Below, piece by piece: positions 19,806 to 30,339 of a stretch of DNA of 64,000 nucleotides. The notes below the pieces were generated by a model. It saw only the letters and a list, made by a program, of their open reading frames with translations. It was not told the origin of the DNA and made no database searches. Positions within the stretch are counted from its first letter, which is position 1; each line of letters opens with the position of its first letter. Source of the stretch: an uncultured Bacillota bacterium (lineage in GTDB: Bacteria; Sysuimicrobiota; Sysuimicrobiia; Sysuimicrobiales; Segetimicrobiaceae); contig CAWDRG010000017.1 of the NCBI GenBank assembly GCA_963804645.1, positions 672,001-736,000 on the forward strand. Reading direction: 5' to 3'. The position numbers were made by a program, and so were the translations under genes.

Positions 19806-20870
19806 CTACGCGGCGGCGGTGTGGTCGGGATAGAACTCCGCGTTGGCCCGGCGGAGCTCGTCAAGGTTGGCCCGGCTCATCGTGCGCCGGCCCTCTTCGA
19901 GGTCGTGAATCAGCGCAATCAGCCGCTGGTTGAGCGGCAGCGACAGCCCGCGGGTGCGGCCGATCTCTACCACCGTCCCGAGGTGCGCATCCACCTCGGT
20001 GCGCCGGTGCCGCACCGCGAGATCGCGCCACACGCCGGTCTTGGTCTTCAGCGACTTGCGGCTGACGGCGGCGCGGCGGTCGAGGGCGAGGTCGATCGCC
20101 GCCCAGTCGCGCGGCGTCGCAAAGCGCATCGGCGCGGGGTCAAACCCGTCGAACCCTTCGATGCGCACGCCCTCCGCGTCGGCGACGCGCACGACCTCGC
20201 CCGCCAGGTTGGCGAGGACCGGTCGGTCCTCGCGACTGCCGAGCACGTCCGCCGTCTTCTCGTCGACGAGCGCGGTGGCCATCAGCATGGAGCCGTAGAT
20301 CGTCTTGCCCCAGAGGTACCCCCAGATATTGTCGGTCACCTGCGCGCGGTCCAGGAACGCGCCCCGCACGATCCCGGCGAGCGCTTCGACGCGCGGCGTG
20401 ATGCGCCCGTCCAGCTCGCCGAGATAGAACGCGCCCGGCGCGCCGTACATGATGCGCCCCGGCGAGAGATAGTCCGCGGCATAGTTGATAAACGCCCCCA
20501 CCGTCCGCGCGGCGCCGATGCGCTTGGCGATGACGCGTTCGTTAAGTCCGTTCTGCAGCGAGACGACGAAACTCTCCGGGCCCATCAGCGGCACGACCGG
20601 CTCGAGCGCGGCCGCGGTGTACGGCGCCTTGACCGCCAGCAGCACCGCGTCCAGCGGTCTCCCCGCGAGCGCCGCCGGCAGCGCGTCGACGGTCACGGCG
20701 CGCCCGCGCACGGTAAACGTGTCGGCACCCTCGATCGCCAGCCCCGTCCCCTCGATCGCCGCCACGTGCTCGCGGTCCTGGTCGACGAGCAGCACGTCGC
20801 AGCCGGCCCGAATCAGGTAGGCGCCCAGCGTGCCACCCATCGCGCCCGCGCCGATGATCGTAAAGCGCAT
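19806..20870 (-). CDS. Ketopantoate reductase-family protein (WRD subfamily)
   Basis: GAGAMG, AVKA, LQNG, WGK, GVWRDLAVRHRRTE. Confidence 0.87.
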   Translation of the reverse strand: MRFTIIGAGAMGGTLGAYLIRAGCDVLLVDQDREHVAAIEGTGLAIEGADTFTVRGRAVTVDALPAALAGRPLDAVLLAVKAPYTAAALEPVVPLMGPESFVVSLQNGLNERVIAKRIGAARTVGAFINYAADYLSPGRIMYGAPGAFYLGELDGRITPRVEALAGIVRGAFLDRAQVTDNIWGYLWGKTIYGSMLMATALVDEKTADVLGSREDRPVLANLAGEVVRVADAEGVRIEGFDGFDPAPMRFATPRDWAAIDLALDRRAAVSRKSLKTKTGVWRDLAVRHRRTEVDAHLGTVVEIGRTRGLSLPLNQRLIALIHDLEEGRRTMSRANLDELRRANAEFYPDHTAAA

Positions 20871-21185
20871 CCGCATCCCTCCCAAAACTCCCGCTGCCTG
20901 GTTCGTTCGCGCCAGCGCGCGTACGTCCCTCCGTCGACGCGCCGCGCGCGTGAAGCAGGAGCGTCGCTGCGACGGCGAGAACCCGGTCGCACAATCTCCC
21001 GACGCTCCACTCGGGTGCGCGGTCGTCGAGATCCACGTGTCCGGGTCCGGCGCGGCGCGCCACGGCGGTCGATCGACCCATCTCCGCGAGGGACTCCGCG
21101 GCGGGCGGGATCCCGGTCTGTCGGGAGCGCACCGCGCGTCAGCGCGCTCGACCGAACTCTCGCGTCTCAGACACAGGAGGGTGCC

Positions 21186-22226
21186 ATGCGGATCGGGGTG
21201 ATGGGCGCGGGGGCGATCGGCGCCAACGTCGGAGGGATGCTCGCGAAAGCCGGGTACGATGTCACGCTGATCGATCAGTGGCCGGCGCACGTCGACGCGA
21301 TGAAAACCCACGGGCTCCGGCTGAGCGGCACGACGGGCGACTTCGTCGTGCCGGTCCGTGCGCTGCACCTCCACGAGGTGCAGGCGGTCGAGGACCCGTT
21401 CGATGCCGTGTTCCTGGCGGTCAAGAGCTACGATACCGAATGGGCGACCATGTTCGCGATCCGATTGCTGCGCGAGCCGGACGGGGTCATCGTGGACTTC
21501 CAGAACGGCATCCACGACGAGCGGGTGGCGGCGGTCGCGGGCCGTCACCGGACGCTCGGCTGCGTCATCACGATCGGCGCCGGCATGTACGAACCGGGAC
21601 ATGCGATCCGCACCGATCCGCCCGTGGCGGGCCGGGCGTGCTTCAAGATCGGGGAGCTCGACGGCCGCGACACCGAGCGGGCGCGCCGGCTGGCCGAGGT
21701 GGTCAACCACGTCGGGCTGACCCAGGTCACGACCAACCTGTTCGGCGAGCGGTGGTCGAAGCTCGCCGTCAACGCCATGAGCAATCCGATCGCCGGCCTG
21801 AGCGGCTACCGCTCCGCCGAACTGCGGACCGTCCCGGTCGTCCGAAAGCTTGCGGTACAGATCGCCGCCGAGGTAGTGCGGGTGGCGCGTGCCGCCGGCT
21901 ACGACGTGGCCCCGATCTTTGGGATCGATGCGCAGCGCTACGTCGACGCCGCGGAGGGCCGGGGCGCCGCCGAACTTGACGCCGAGATCGCGGGACGCGC
22001 GGCGGGCGGCGACGTCGGGCGGCCGTCCCTGCTGCAGGACGTGATGCGCGGACGGCGGACCGAAATCGACGACCTCAACGGGTACGTCGTGTCCGAGGGC
22101 AAACGCCTCGGCGTGCCGACGCCGTTCAACGAGGCGGTGGTCCGGGAGGTCAAGCGTCACGGGGTGGGCACGCTGACACCCGACCCGAAGCACCTGGACG
22201 CGCTCGCCCGCCTGCTCCCGGCCTGA
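21186..22226 (+). CDS. Ketopantoate reductase-family protein (canonical-type motifs)
   Basis: GAGAIG, AVKSYD, FQNG, WSKLAVNAMSN, SLLQDVMRGRRTEIDDLNG; AGGAGG RBS. Confidence 0.88.
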   Translation: MRIGVMGAGAIGANVGGMLAKAGYDVTLIDQWPAHVDAMKTHGLRLSGTTGDFVVPVRALHLHEVQAVEDPFDAVFLAVKSYDTEWATMFAIRLLREPDGVIVDFQNGIHDERVAAVAGRHRTLGCVITIGAGMYEPGHAIRTDPPVAGRACFKIGELDGRDTERARRLAEVVNHVGLTQVTTNLFGERWSKLAVNAMSNPIAGLSGYRSAELRTVPVVRKLAVQIAAEVVRVARAAGYDVAPIFGIDAQRYVDAAEGRGAAELDAEIAGRAAGGDVGRPSLLQDVMRGRRTEIDDLNGYVVSEGKRLGVPTPFNEAVVREVKRHGVGTLTPDPKHLDALARLLPA

Positions 22227-22315
22227 CCGGCGCGCGGCCGCGCTGGAGGAGTTGCGCACCCGCGCGAGAATGTAGCCACTTATTCGTTCGGGACAGGCCC
22301 ACGGAGGGAAGCTTT

Positions 22316-23920
22316 ATGAGGTCCCCGCACTCGCGTTGGACGTTGCTTCTGATCATCCCGCTGCTGTGCATGCCGCTCGCGCTGTGGACGACCGCGCAGG
22401 CGCAGTCGCCGCAGACGCTGGTCATCGCCATCGGCGCGGACCAGGTCGGCATGGACCCGCAGACGAACCTGGACGCGGAGTCCGGATACGTCACGACCAC
22501 GCTGTTCGACGGGATCGTGAATTACACCGAGGGCACCGCCACTCCCGGACCCGGGCTCGCCGAGTCGTGGACGGTCTCACCCGATGGAAAGGTGTACACG
22601 TTCAAGATCCGGCACGGGGTCACGTTCAACGACGGGTCGCCGATGAACGCCCGCACCATCGCGGACGACCTCGACCGGGGGCTCAACCCGAAGAACCCCT
22701 GCTACATTTATGCCCGCAAGGCCGTCGACACCTATGACGCGTTCATCTGGGGCACGCCGCCGAACGTCCCCAAGGTCGAGGCGACCGACGACTACACGCT
22801 GACCGTGACGTGGGCCGCGCCCAACGCGCCGTTCCTGGCCAACATCGGCATGCCGTGGGCGGGCATCATGAGCCCGGCCGCCACGAAGAAGTACAACTGC
22901 GATGCGGGCCAAACCCCGGTGGGGAGCGGGCCGTTCAAGTTCGTGGAGGCCGTCCGCAACGATCACATCACGGTCGCGGCGAACCCGTCGTACTGGAACG
23001 GCGCGCCGAAGCTCGATCAGATCATCTTCCGGGTCGTGCCGGAAAGCACGACTCGCCTGCTCATGCTCGAGCGCAACGACATCCAATACCTCGTGGACGT
23101 GCCCGCCTCGGACATCCCGCGGATCGCGGCGAATCCCGCGCTGAAGCTGTGGAGGAAGCCCGGCTACTACGTGAGCGGCGTCGGGATGTCGAACGATCTC
23201 GGGCCGTTCAAGGACAAATTGGTCCGGCAGGCGATGAATTACGCCGTGGACAAGAACGCGATCAACACCAAGTTGTACGGCGGCTGGGCGACCCAGACGC
23301 AGGGCGTGCCCTCCTTTTCCTGGGCGTACGACAAGTCGGTGACGCCGTACCCGTACGATCCGGCGAAGGCCAAGCAGTTGTTGAGTGAGGCCGGGTTCCC
23401 GAACGGGTTTACGACGGGCATGATCGTCGCGGACGTCCCGCGGCCGTACAATCCGATCGGCGGCGCCCAGCTCGGCGTCGCCGTCCAATCGTACCTCGCG
23501 AAGATCGGCGTCAACGCGAAGATCACGCAGTACGAGTGGGGCGCGTTTCTCGACCGGATCCGCCACACGCAGTACGAGGGGTTCGCGATCTGCGGCTTCA
23601 GCGCGGACACCGGCGACCCCGACAACATGCTGTTCTCGCTGTTCTACTACGACGACACGGCGAAAGCGCCGGGGGCCCAGAACTGCGCCCGCTACGACGA
23701 CCCCACGGTCAACCGCCTGCTCAGTGCGGCGCGGCAGATCCCCGACCAGTCCCAGCGGCAGCCCTTGTATGTCCATGCCAACAACCTGATCCATGACGAT
23801 GCCCCGTGGATCTTCGTCAACAACGGCACCCTGGTGCGCGCCACGCGCGCGAATCTCACGGGCTACACGCTCAGCCCGCTCGGCAAGCTGTGGTACCTCA
23901 ATAAGGTATCGTTCAAGTAG
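22316..23920 (+). CDS. ABC transporter substrate-binding protein, family 5 (DppA-like)
   Basis: Signal peptide ending AQA, PGLAESW, GSGPFKF, VRQAMNYAVDK, YPYDPAKAK. Confidence 0.93.
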   Translation: MRSPHSRWTLLLIIPLLCMPLALWTTAQAQSPQTLVIAIGADQVGMDPQTNLDAESGYVTTTLFDGIVNYTEGTATPGPGLAESWTVSPDGKVYTFKIRHGVTFNDGSPMNARTIADDLDRGLNPKNPCYIYARKAVDTYDAFIWGTPPNVPKVEATDDYTLTVTWAAPNAPFLANIGMPWAGIMSPAATKKYNCDAGQTPVGSGPFKFVEAVRNDHITVAANPSYWNGAPKLDQIIFRVVPESTTRLLMLERNDIQYLVDVPASDIPRIAANPALKLWRKPGYYVSGVGMSNDLGPFKDKLVRQAMNYAVDKNAINTKLYGGWATQTQGVPSFSWAYDKSVTPYPYDPAKAKQLLSEAGFPNGFTTGMIVADVPRPYNPIGGAQLGVAVQSYLAKIGVNAKITQYEWGAFLDRIRHTQYEGFAICGFSADTGDPDNMLFSLFYYDDTAKAPGAQNCARYDDPTVNRLLSAARQIPDQSQRQPLYVHANNLIHDDAPWIFVNNGTLVRATRANLTGYTLSPLGKLWYLNKVSFK

Positions 23921-23952
23921 CGCCGAGCGGCTTCTGACCGGCGTTCGTTCGA

Positions 23953-23984
23953 CGACCGGCTCACCCCACGGGGTGAGCCGGTCG
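23953..23984. repeat. Perfect 15-bp inverted repeat (stem-loop) downstream of the SBP gene
   Basis: CGACCGGCTCACCCC-AC-GGGGTGAGCCGGTCG; no U-tract. Confidence 0.8.
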
Positions 23985-24012
23985 CACGTCCTGCGTGTCA
24001 TGGAGGCAACGG

Positions 24013-25116
24013 ATGCGGTATGACCTGATCGTCACCGGCGACCTGATGTTCTTGTCACCCGTGGTGCGCAGCGATGGATCGCCGCTGCAGACGATCTGGC
24101 GAGAGTTCGCCGGCGCGCACCACGTGTTCTGCAACCTGGAGGCGGTCTTCACCACGGAAACCTCTCACCCGGACAAACTCGTCTGCATGAAGTCCGATCC
24201 GGCCCTCGCCCCCGAGATCCGGCGCGCGGGCGTGAGCGTCGTCACCGTCGCGAACAACCACGCGAACGACTATGGGTGGCCCGGCATGCGGCAGTCGCTG
24301 GACGCCCTCGACGCGGCCGCGGTGCCGCACGTGGGCGCTGGGCCCGACATCGACGCGGCGCTGCGGCCCGTGATGCTCGAGGCGCAGGGACGCACCGTCG
24401 CATTTCTCGGCCTGTCGTCCACGTCGGCCGGCCACTTCGGCGCCGGTCCGGGCCAGCCGGGGCTGGCCGGCATCCGCATCGCGCAGAGCTACGTTGTCGA
24501 CACGGTCACGATCGACGAACAGCCGGGCTGTGTGCCGTTTGTCGAGACCGTGGCACTCAAGGAAGACGTGGAACGCGCGTGTGCCGCGGTGGCGGACGCC
24601 AAGCGGCGTGCGGACCTCGTGATCGTCGGGATTCACTGGGGGGTGTCGTTCGGCTGGCTGCCGCTGAACCAGTCGGAGCTGTGCACCTACGAGCAGCCGC
24701 TGGGCCACGCGCTCGTCGATGCTGGCGCGGACGCGATCGTGGGACATCATCCCCACATCCTGCACGGGATCGAGTGGTACCGGAAGCGACCGATCTTCTA
24801 CAGCGTGGGGAACTTCCTGTTTCACCGCCACAGCAATCCGCGGGGGCGTGGCAGCTATCCGCCGTATATCTCTGGGCCCCGGATTCCCGGCCGCGCCGAA
24901 GCGACGCGGCACGGGTGCTATGTCCGCATGTCGTGGGACGGGGGGCCGAATCCCTCTCGCGTCGAGTTGGTGCCCGTCTGGCTGGACGAGCGTGGTGAAC
25001 CGGAACCGCCGGCACGCGAACGCGCCGAGTTGTCACTCGGGACGGTGGAATTCCTGTCGCAGAAGTTTGGGACGCCGTTGCGGCGGACCGCCGACGGGAT
25101 CGCGATCGCCCTGTAA
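24013..25116 (+). CDS. CapA family metallophosphoesterase-fold protein, cytoplasmic
   Basis: GD, NLE, ANNHANDYG, HWG, GHHPH, YSVGNF; no signal peptide or TM anchor. Confidence 0.88.
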   Translation: MRYDLIVTGDLMFLSPVVRSDGSPLQTIWREFAGAHHVFCNLEAVFTTETSHPDKLVCMKSDPALAPEIRRAGVSVVTVANNHANDYGWPGMRQSLDALDAAAVPHVGAGPDIDAALRPVMLEAQGRTVAFLGLSSTSAGHFGAGPGQPGLAGIRIAQSYVVDTVTIDEQPGCVPFVETVALKEDVERACAAVADAKRRADLVIVGIHWGVSFGWLPLNQSELCTYEQPLGHALVDAGADAIVGHHPHILHGIEWYRKRPIFYSVGNFLFHRHSNPRGRGSYPPYISGPRIPGRAEATRHGCYVRMSWDGGPNPSRVELVPVWLDERGEPEPPARERAELSLGTVEFLSQKFGTPLRRTADGIAIAL

Positions 25117-25234
25117 CCTCGGCGTCGGCGGGCGCGTACCCCAACCCCGAGCAAGCGCGCGGCGTTCTCCCCGAGCCCCCTGCGCGGCTCCCCGGCCGTC
25201 CGCTCAGCCTGTGTGATCGCGCCCGCAGGTCCTC

Positions 25235-25250
25235 AAAAGTTATAACAAAA
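25235..25250. promoter_or_regulatory. AT-rich palindrome, possible operator upstream of SBP gene
   Basis: AAAAGTTATAACAAAA with GTTATAAC palindromic core in very GC-rich DNA. Confidence 0.35.
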
Positions 25251-25325
25251 GGATTCGGCCCTCCCCCACCGAAATCCACGGCACCCGCGCCGGACTCCCG
25301 GCTCAATATACGCGTGAGGTGAGAG

Positions 25326-26861
25326 ATGAGTCGCAGAGGCCTCGCAGGGCCCGCCCTGTGCGCCATCGTCGTGCTGCTGATCTACGCCGGCATGGCCCCC
25401 GCGGGCGCCCAGAGTTCGGACACCATCGTGGTCGCGCAGACCGTCGACATCCAATCGGGCGACCCCTACAAAACCGCGCTCACCACGTCCTACAACGTCC
25501 TGACGAACGTCTACGACACGCTCATCAATCGCGACGTCAACTTCAAGCCGGTCCCCGGCCTGGCAACGTCCTGGCGGGCGGTCGACCCCACGACGTGGGA
25601 GTTCAAACTCCGCCACGGCGTGCTGTTCCACGATGGGGAGCCGTTCAACGCCAGCGTGGTCAAGTTTTCGCTGGATCGGGCGTTTGACCCGAAGATCCAC
25701 TGGGGCGGCATCGGCTACCTGCGCCCCATCAAATCGGTCGAGGTCGTTGACGACTACACCGTCCGCCTGCACACCGAACAGCCGTGGCCGCTCCTGCCCA
25801 GCTACGTCGGCTACTACTTCTGGATGGTCCCCCCGCAGTATCTCGCGCAGAACGGCGACGACGCCCTGGTGCGCCACCCGATCGGCACGGGCCCGTACAA
25901 GTTCGTCCAGTGGACGCGAGACGATCGGGTCGAGCTGATCGCGAACAACGACTTCTGGGGTGGCAAGCCGAAGATTGCGCACCTGGTGTTCCGGGTGATC
26001 CCAACCGATGCCGGCCGGCTCGCGGAGCTGCTCGCGGGATCGGTGGACATGATTCCGCTGGTCCCTCCCGAGGCGTTCGACCCGATTCGCAACTCGCCGC
26101 GGACGAAGCTGGTCTTCGCGAAGAGCACGACGGTCTACTTTTTTCTCTTCAATCTCCTGAACATCCCGTCCACGCGGCCGCTCGCGGACAAGCGCGTCCG
26201 GGAGGCCCTCAACTACGCCGTCGACCGCAATCTCCTGAACAGCGGGGTCATGCGGAACGCGGCGACGCCGATCGCGACCTTCTGCAGCGACGTCTCGTTC
26301 GGCTGCGACAAATCGATCATCGGCTACCCGTACGATCCCGCGCGGGCGCGGACGTTGTTGAAGGAAGCCGGCTACGCCAACGGATTCGACATGACCGTGG
26401 TCACCCCGTCGGGGGCGTATCCGGGCGATCGGGATCTCAGCCTCGCGCTGGCGGATCAACTCAAGAACGTCGGGGTGCGGGTGCACGTGGAGGTCCGCGA
26501 GTACGGCCTCCTGCTGAGCCAGGTCCTGACGCGCACGCTGCCGGGCGGCGACGCCGTCTTCCTCCGATTCTCGGACCTGCTCGGGTACGCGGGAGCCATT
26601 CCCGCCACGGCCTTCGAGAACTCCGGATCGTCGTCCTACTGGAACGACCCCGAGTTTGACCAGTTGATCGATGCCGCGAGAAACACGCTCGACGAGACGG
26701 CCGCGCGGAAGCTGTACCGGCAGGCCCAGGTGCTGTTCGAGAACGAGGCGCCCGCGATTACGCTCTTCACCGCCCCGGCCGCGTACGGGATGCGGAAGAA
26801 TCTCCAGTGGACGCCGCGCACGGACTTCCGCCTGAAGATGTTCCCCGCGGCGCTGCAGTAG
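25326..26861 (+). CDS. ABC transporter substrate-binding protein, family 5
   Basis: Signal peptide, PGLATSW, FHDG, GTGPYKF, VREALNYAVDR. Confidence 0.93.
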   Translation: MSRRGLAGPALCAIVVLLIYAGMAPAGAQSSDTIVVAQTVDIQSGDPYKTALTTSYNVLTNVYDTLINRDVNFKPVPGLATSWRAVDPTTWEFKLRHGVLFHDGEPFNASVVKFSLDRAFDPKIHWGGIGYLRPIKSVEVVDDYTVRLHTEQPWPLLPSYVGYYFWMVPPQYLAQNGDDALVRHPIGTGPYKFVQWTRDDRVELIANNDFWGGKPKIAHLVFRVIPTDAGRLAELLAGSVDMIPLVPPEAFDPIRNSPRTKLVFAKSTTVYFFLFNLLNIPSTRPLADKRVREALNYAVDRNLLNSGVMRNAATPIATFCSDVSFGCDKSIIGYPYDPARARTLLKEAGYANGFDMTVVTPSGAYPGDRDLSLALADQLKNVGVRVHVEVREYGLLLSQVLTRTLPGGDAVFLRFSDLLGYAGAIPATAFENSGSSSYWNDPEFDQLIDAARNTLDETAARKLYRQAQVLFENEAPAITLFTAPAAYGMRKNLQWTPRTDFRLKMFPAALQ

Positions 26862-26920
26862 GCCGCCGCCGGAGCCCCTGCCCCGAGTCCCTGAAACACG
26901 GGAGCCCAGCGGAGGACACG

Positions 26921-28771
26921 ATGCCAACCGATCGCGATGCGCACGAACCAAGAGCCGCCTCGACCGGTCCGCAGATCGTCGCGAGTGGGGAGAACGTGCG
27001 CTACGACCGTCCGACTCGCGACGCGACGACCCGGCCGGTCATCCGCGGCCGGTCGCTCGTCGTCGCCTGCGGCCACTATCTCGCCAGCCTCGCCGGCATG
27101 CAGATGCACGCGCTGGGGGGCAACGCGATCGACGCGGGCGTGGCGATGGTGTTCGCGCAGGCGGTGCTGGAGTTCCAGGGGTTCGGGTTCGGCGGGGAGG
27201 CCGCGACCCTCCTCTACTCCGCGCGCGACCGCCGTGTGGTGGCGATCAACGGCAACATGCGGGCGCCGCGGGCGGCCACGATCGAATGGTTCCGGGCGCG
27301 CGGCATCACCGATATTCCGGGCGACGGCTTCCTACCGGCCGGGGTCTGCGCCGCGCCGGACGCGCTGTTCACGGCGCTCGACCGGTATGGACGGCTCAGC
27401 CTGGCGCAGGTGCTGGCGCCCGCGATCGATCTCGCCGCGAACGGGTTCGCGATGTACGAGGGCATGCAGCGATCCCTCCAGGCCTCCGCGTCGCGGTTTC
27501 AATCCGAATGGCCGACCTCGGCGGCGCTGTTCCTCCGCGACGGCGCCCCGCCCGCGGTGGGCGACGTCTGGCGCAACCCCGACCTCGCGCGCACGTACGA
27601 GCGGCTGGTCGAGGCCGAGCAGCGTGCGCGATCGCGCGGCCGCCACGAGGCCCTCGAGGCCGCCCGCGACTTCTTCTACCGGGGTCCGATCGCGCACGAG
27701 ATCGTGGCGTTCCAGCGCGACACGGCGATCCGGGACGCCGGCGGGACCGTCTCGTCCGGCCTGCTGACCGAAGAGGATTTCGCATCGTTCGACACGCGGA
27801 TCGAGACGCCGGTGACGGTGGACTACCGCGGCTACGACGTGTACAAGTGCGGACCGTGGTCCCAGGGGCCCGTCTTCCTGCAGCAGCTCAGGCTGCTCGA
27901 GACCTTCGATCTGCGCGGACTCGGGCACAACACCGCGGACTACATCCATACCGTGATCGAAGCCGCCAAGCTCGCGTTCGCGGATCGAGAGCGGTACTAC
28001 GGCGATCCCGAGTTTGTCGACGTCCCGATGCGCGGGCTCCTCTCCAGGGAGTACGCCGCGGCGCGGCGCGCTCTGATCGATCCGCAGACGGCCTCGCCGG
28101 AGTGGCGTCCCGGCGACCCGTATCCGTTCCAGGGGGACGCCCCGCCGCGGGCGCCCGCGCCCACCGCCTCGCGCGCGTGGCACGGCGGGACGACCGGCAC
28201 CCGTGCCGTGGACGCCGAGGGCAACATGTTTTCCGCCGTCCCGTCCGGCGCGACATTCCGCGGGTCGCCCGTCATCCCGGGGCTCGGGTTCAGCCTCGGC
28301 ACCCGCGGGCAGATGTTCTGGCTCGACGATCCCGAGCATCCGGCCGCGCTCCGCCCGAGGAAGCGGCCGCGGACGACGCTCTCCCCCACCCTGGTGCTCA
28401 AGGACGGCCAGCCGTTTCTCGTGAGTGGGACGCCCGGGGGGGACCAGCAGGACCAGTGGCCGCTGCACGTCTTCCTGAACGTGGTCGAGTTTGGGATGGG
28501 ACTGCAGGAGGCGATCGACAGCCCGAGCTTCCACACGCTGCACGCGCCGAGCTCGTTCTACCCGCGGGAGGCCCGCCCAAACGAGATCGTCGTGGAAAAT
28601 CGGGTGCCGGCCAACGTGATCGCGGAGCTGACCCGGCGCGGGCACATCGTGCGCATCGTCGGCGCCTGGAACCTCAACTACACCACCGCCGTCACCTACG
28701 ATCCGAGCCGCAGGCTCATCGAGGGAGCCGCCAGTTCCCGCGCGGAGCGGCACTACGCCCTCGGATGGTAG
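26921..28771 (+). CDS. Gamma-glutamyltransferase family protein
   Basis: GGNAIDA, GFGGE, LAFADR, GGTT (autoproteolytic Thr), PRTTLSP, TPGGDQQ. Confidence 0.92.
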   Translation: MPTDRDAHEPRAASTGPQIVASGENVRYDRPTRDATTRPVIRGRSLVVACGHYLASLAGMQMHALGGNAIDAGVAMVFAQAVLEFQGFGFGGEAATLLYSARDRRVVAINGNMRAPRAATIEWFRARGITDIPGDGFLPAGVCAAPDALFTALDRYGRLSLAQVLAPAIDLAANGFAMYEGMQRSLQASASRFQSEWPTSAALFLRDGAPPAVGDVWRNPDLARTYERLVEAEQRARSRGRHEALEAARDFFYRGPIAHEIVAFQRDTAIRDAGGTVSSGLLTEEDFASFDTRIETPVTVDYRGYDVYKCGPWSQGPVFLQQLRLLETFDLRGLGHNTADYIHTVIEAAKLAFADRERYYGDPEFVDVPMRGLLSREYAAARRALIDPQTASPEWRPGDPYPFQGDAPPRAPAPTASRAWHGGTTGTRAVDAEGNMFSAVPSGATFRGSPVIPGLGFSLGTRGQMFWLDDPEHPAALRPRKRPRTTLSPTLVLKDGQPFLVSGTPGGDQQDQWPLHVFLNVVEFGMGLQEAIDSPSFHTLHAPSSFYPREARPNEIVVENRVPANVIAELTRRGHIVRIVGAWNLNYTTAVTYDPSRRLIEGAASSRAERHYALGW

Positions 28772-28871
28772 CAGGCCGCCGCTCGTCCCGGCAGAGGCGC
28801 GGTGGCGCACACCGGCCCGACGGCCGCAATCCCCTGACACGCCGATCGGCCGCGATCGGCGAGGACCGTCG

Positions 28872-30257
28872 ATGCTCGACCTGGTGATTCGCGGGGGCGC
28901 CGTGGCGACCGCGGGCAGTCTCTCCGTCTGCGATGTGGGCGTCCTCGACGGACGCATCGTGCAGCTCGGCGGGGGAATGCAGGGACGGCGCATGATCGAC
29001 GCCGGCGGGCGCTACGTGTTTCCCGGCGGGATCGACGTCCATGTGCATTTCACGCCCCAGGTGGAGCCTCGCCCGGACGATGAGCAGTGGGCCGACGACT
29101 TCTACGACGGCTCGCGGGCGGCCATCGCCGGCGGCATCACGACCGTCGGCAACATGACCTACCCGTACGACGGGGAGACGCTCGCCGATGCCTTGAGGCG
29201 GGATCTCGCGGTCGCCGCGCGCGACGCCGCGGTCGACTACATTCTGCATCCCGTGCTGAAGTCTCCGTCCGGCGAGGCGGTGGCCGAGCTGCCCGGGCTC
29301 GCCGCGGACGGCCACACGAGCCTGAAGATCTTCATGTCGACCGAACTGTTCGATGCGCGCGCCGACGTGTATCTCGACGCGATGCGGACCGCGGGCCAGC
29401 ACGGCATGCTGACCGTGCTCCACTGCGAGGACGGCGCGCTGATCCGGTATCTGTACCGGCAGGTGCTGGCCGGCGGCCGCCGGCCGGTCGCCGACGTGCG
29501 CCGCGCGCGGCCGACGTACACGGAGACCGCCGCGGTCGACCGCGCCGTGGCCTTCGCAAGGGCTGCGGCGGCGCCCATCTACGTCGCGCATCTCTCCTCG
29601 GCGGGCGCGCTCGACCGGTGCCGGCACGCGCGCGCGGAGGGAGTCCCCGTCTACGTGGAGACGCGCCCGATGTACCTCTACCTCACCGAGGACGTGTTCG
29701 ACGAGCCCGATGGCGCGAAGTACCTCGGGCACCCCCCGGCGAGGACCCAAAGCGATGTCGAGGCGCTCTGGCACGGCCTCGCGCACGGCGACGTGCACTG
29801 CCTGGGCAGCGACCACGCCCCCTGGCTGCTGCGACAGAAACTGGCCGCCACGCTCACCCTCCAGCCGTCGGCCTCCCGGTCCGGCGTCGGCGAGCTCGAG
29901 GCCCAGCTACCGCTGCTGTACTCGGAGGGGGTCCGCCTCGGCCGCATCTCGCTGAGCCGCTTCGTCGAGCTGACGTCCACGAACGCGGCGAAGCTGTTCG
30001 GCATGTACCCGCGCAAGGGAACGATCGCGGTCGGATCGGACGCCGATCTCGTGGTGTGGGATTCCGAGACGCGGTGGATCATCGACGGGGCGGCGATGCA
30101 GTCGAAGACAGACTACTCCGTGTACGACGGATGGGAGGTCCGCGGCAAACCGGTCCTGACGGTAAGCCGCGGCGAGATCGTGTTCGAGGACGGCGAGGTC
30201 ACGGCCCAGCGCGGTCGGGGACGCTGGGTGCGCCGGGACCGAACCGCGCCGCTGTAG
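28872..30257 (+). CDS. Dihydropyrimidinase/hydantoinase-like cyclic amidohydrolase
   Basis: PGGIDVHVH, SLKIFM, HCED, AHLS, SDHAP, KGTIAVGSDAD. Confidence 0.9.
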   Translation: MLDLVIRGGAVATAGSLSVCDVGVLDGRIVQLGGGMQGRRMIDAGGRYVFPGGIDVHVHFTPQVEPRPDDEQWADDFYDGSRAAIAGGITTVGNMTYPYDGETLADALRRDLAVAARDAAVDYILHPVLKSPSGEAVAELPGLAADGHTSLKIFMSTELFDARADVYLDAMRTAGQHGMLTVLHCEDGALIRYLYRQVLAGGRRPVADVRRARPTYTETAAVDRAVAFARAAAAPIYVAHLSSAGALDRCRHARAEGVPVYVETRPMYLYLTEDVFDEPDGAKYLGHPPARTQSDVEALWHGLAHGDVHCLGSDHAPWLLRQKLAATLTLQPSASRSGVGELEAQLPLLYSEGVRLGRISLSRFVELTSTNAAKLFGMYPRKGTIAVGSDADLVVWDSETRWIIDGAAMQSKTDYSVYDGWEVRGKPVLTVSRGEIVFEDGEVTAQRGRGRWVRRDRTAPL

Positions 30258-30339
30258 TCCGACCCCGCCCCGTGCCCGGCCGGGCGCGCCGGCCGATCGT
30301 GCGTGACGTGGACGCCCCGGACGGTGGGAGGCATGCCCT

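Noticed and set aside
18495..22226. 1243-aa ORF as a giant fusion protein
   Set aside because: Only the part from 21186 has motifs and an RBS; the rest is antisense to real genes in high-GC DNA
24013..28771. Poly-gamma-glutamate capsule synthesis locus
   Set aside because: No capB, capC or capE, and the CapA proteins lack membrane anchors
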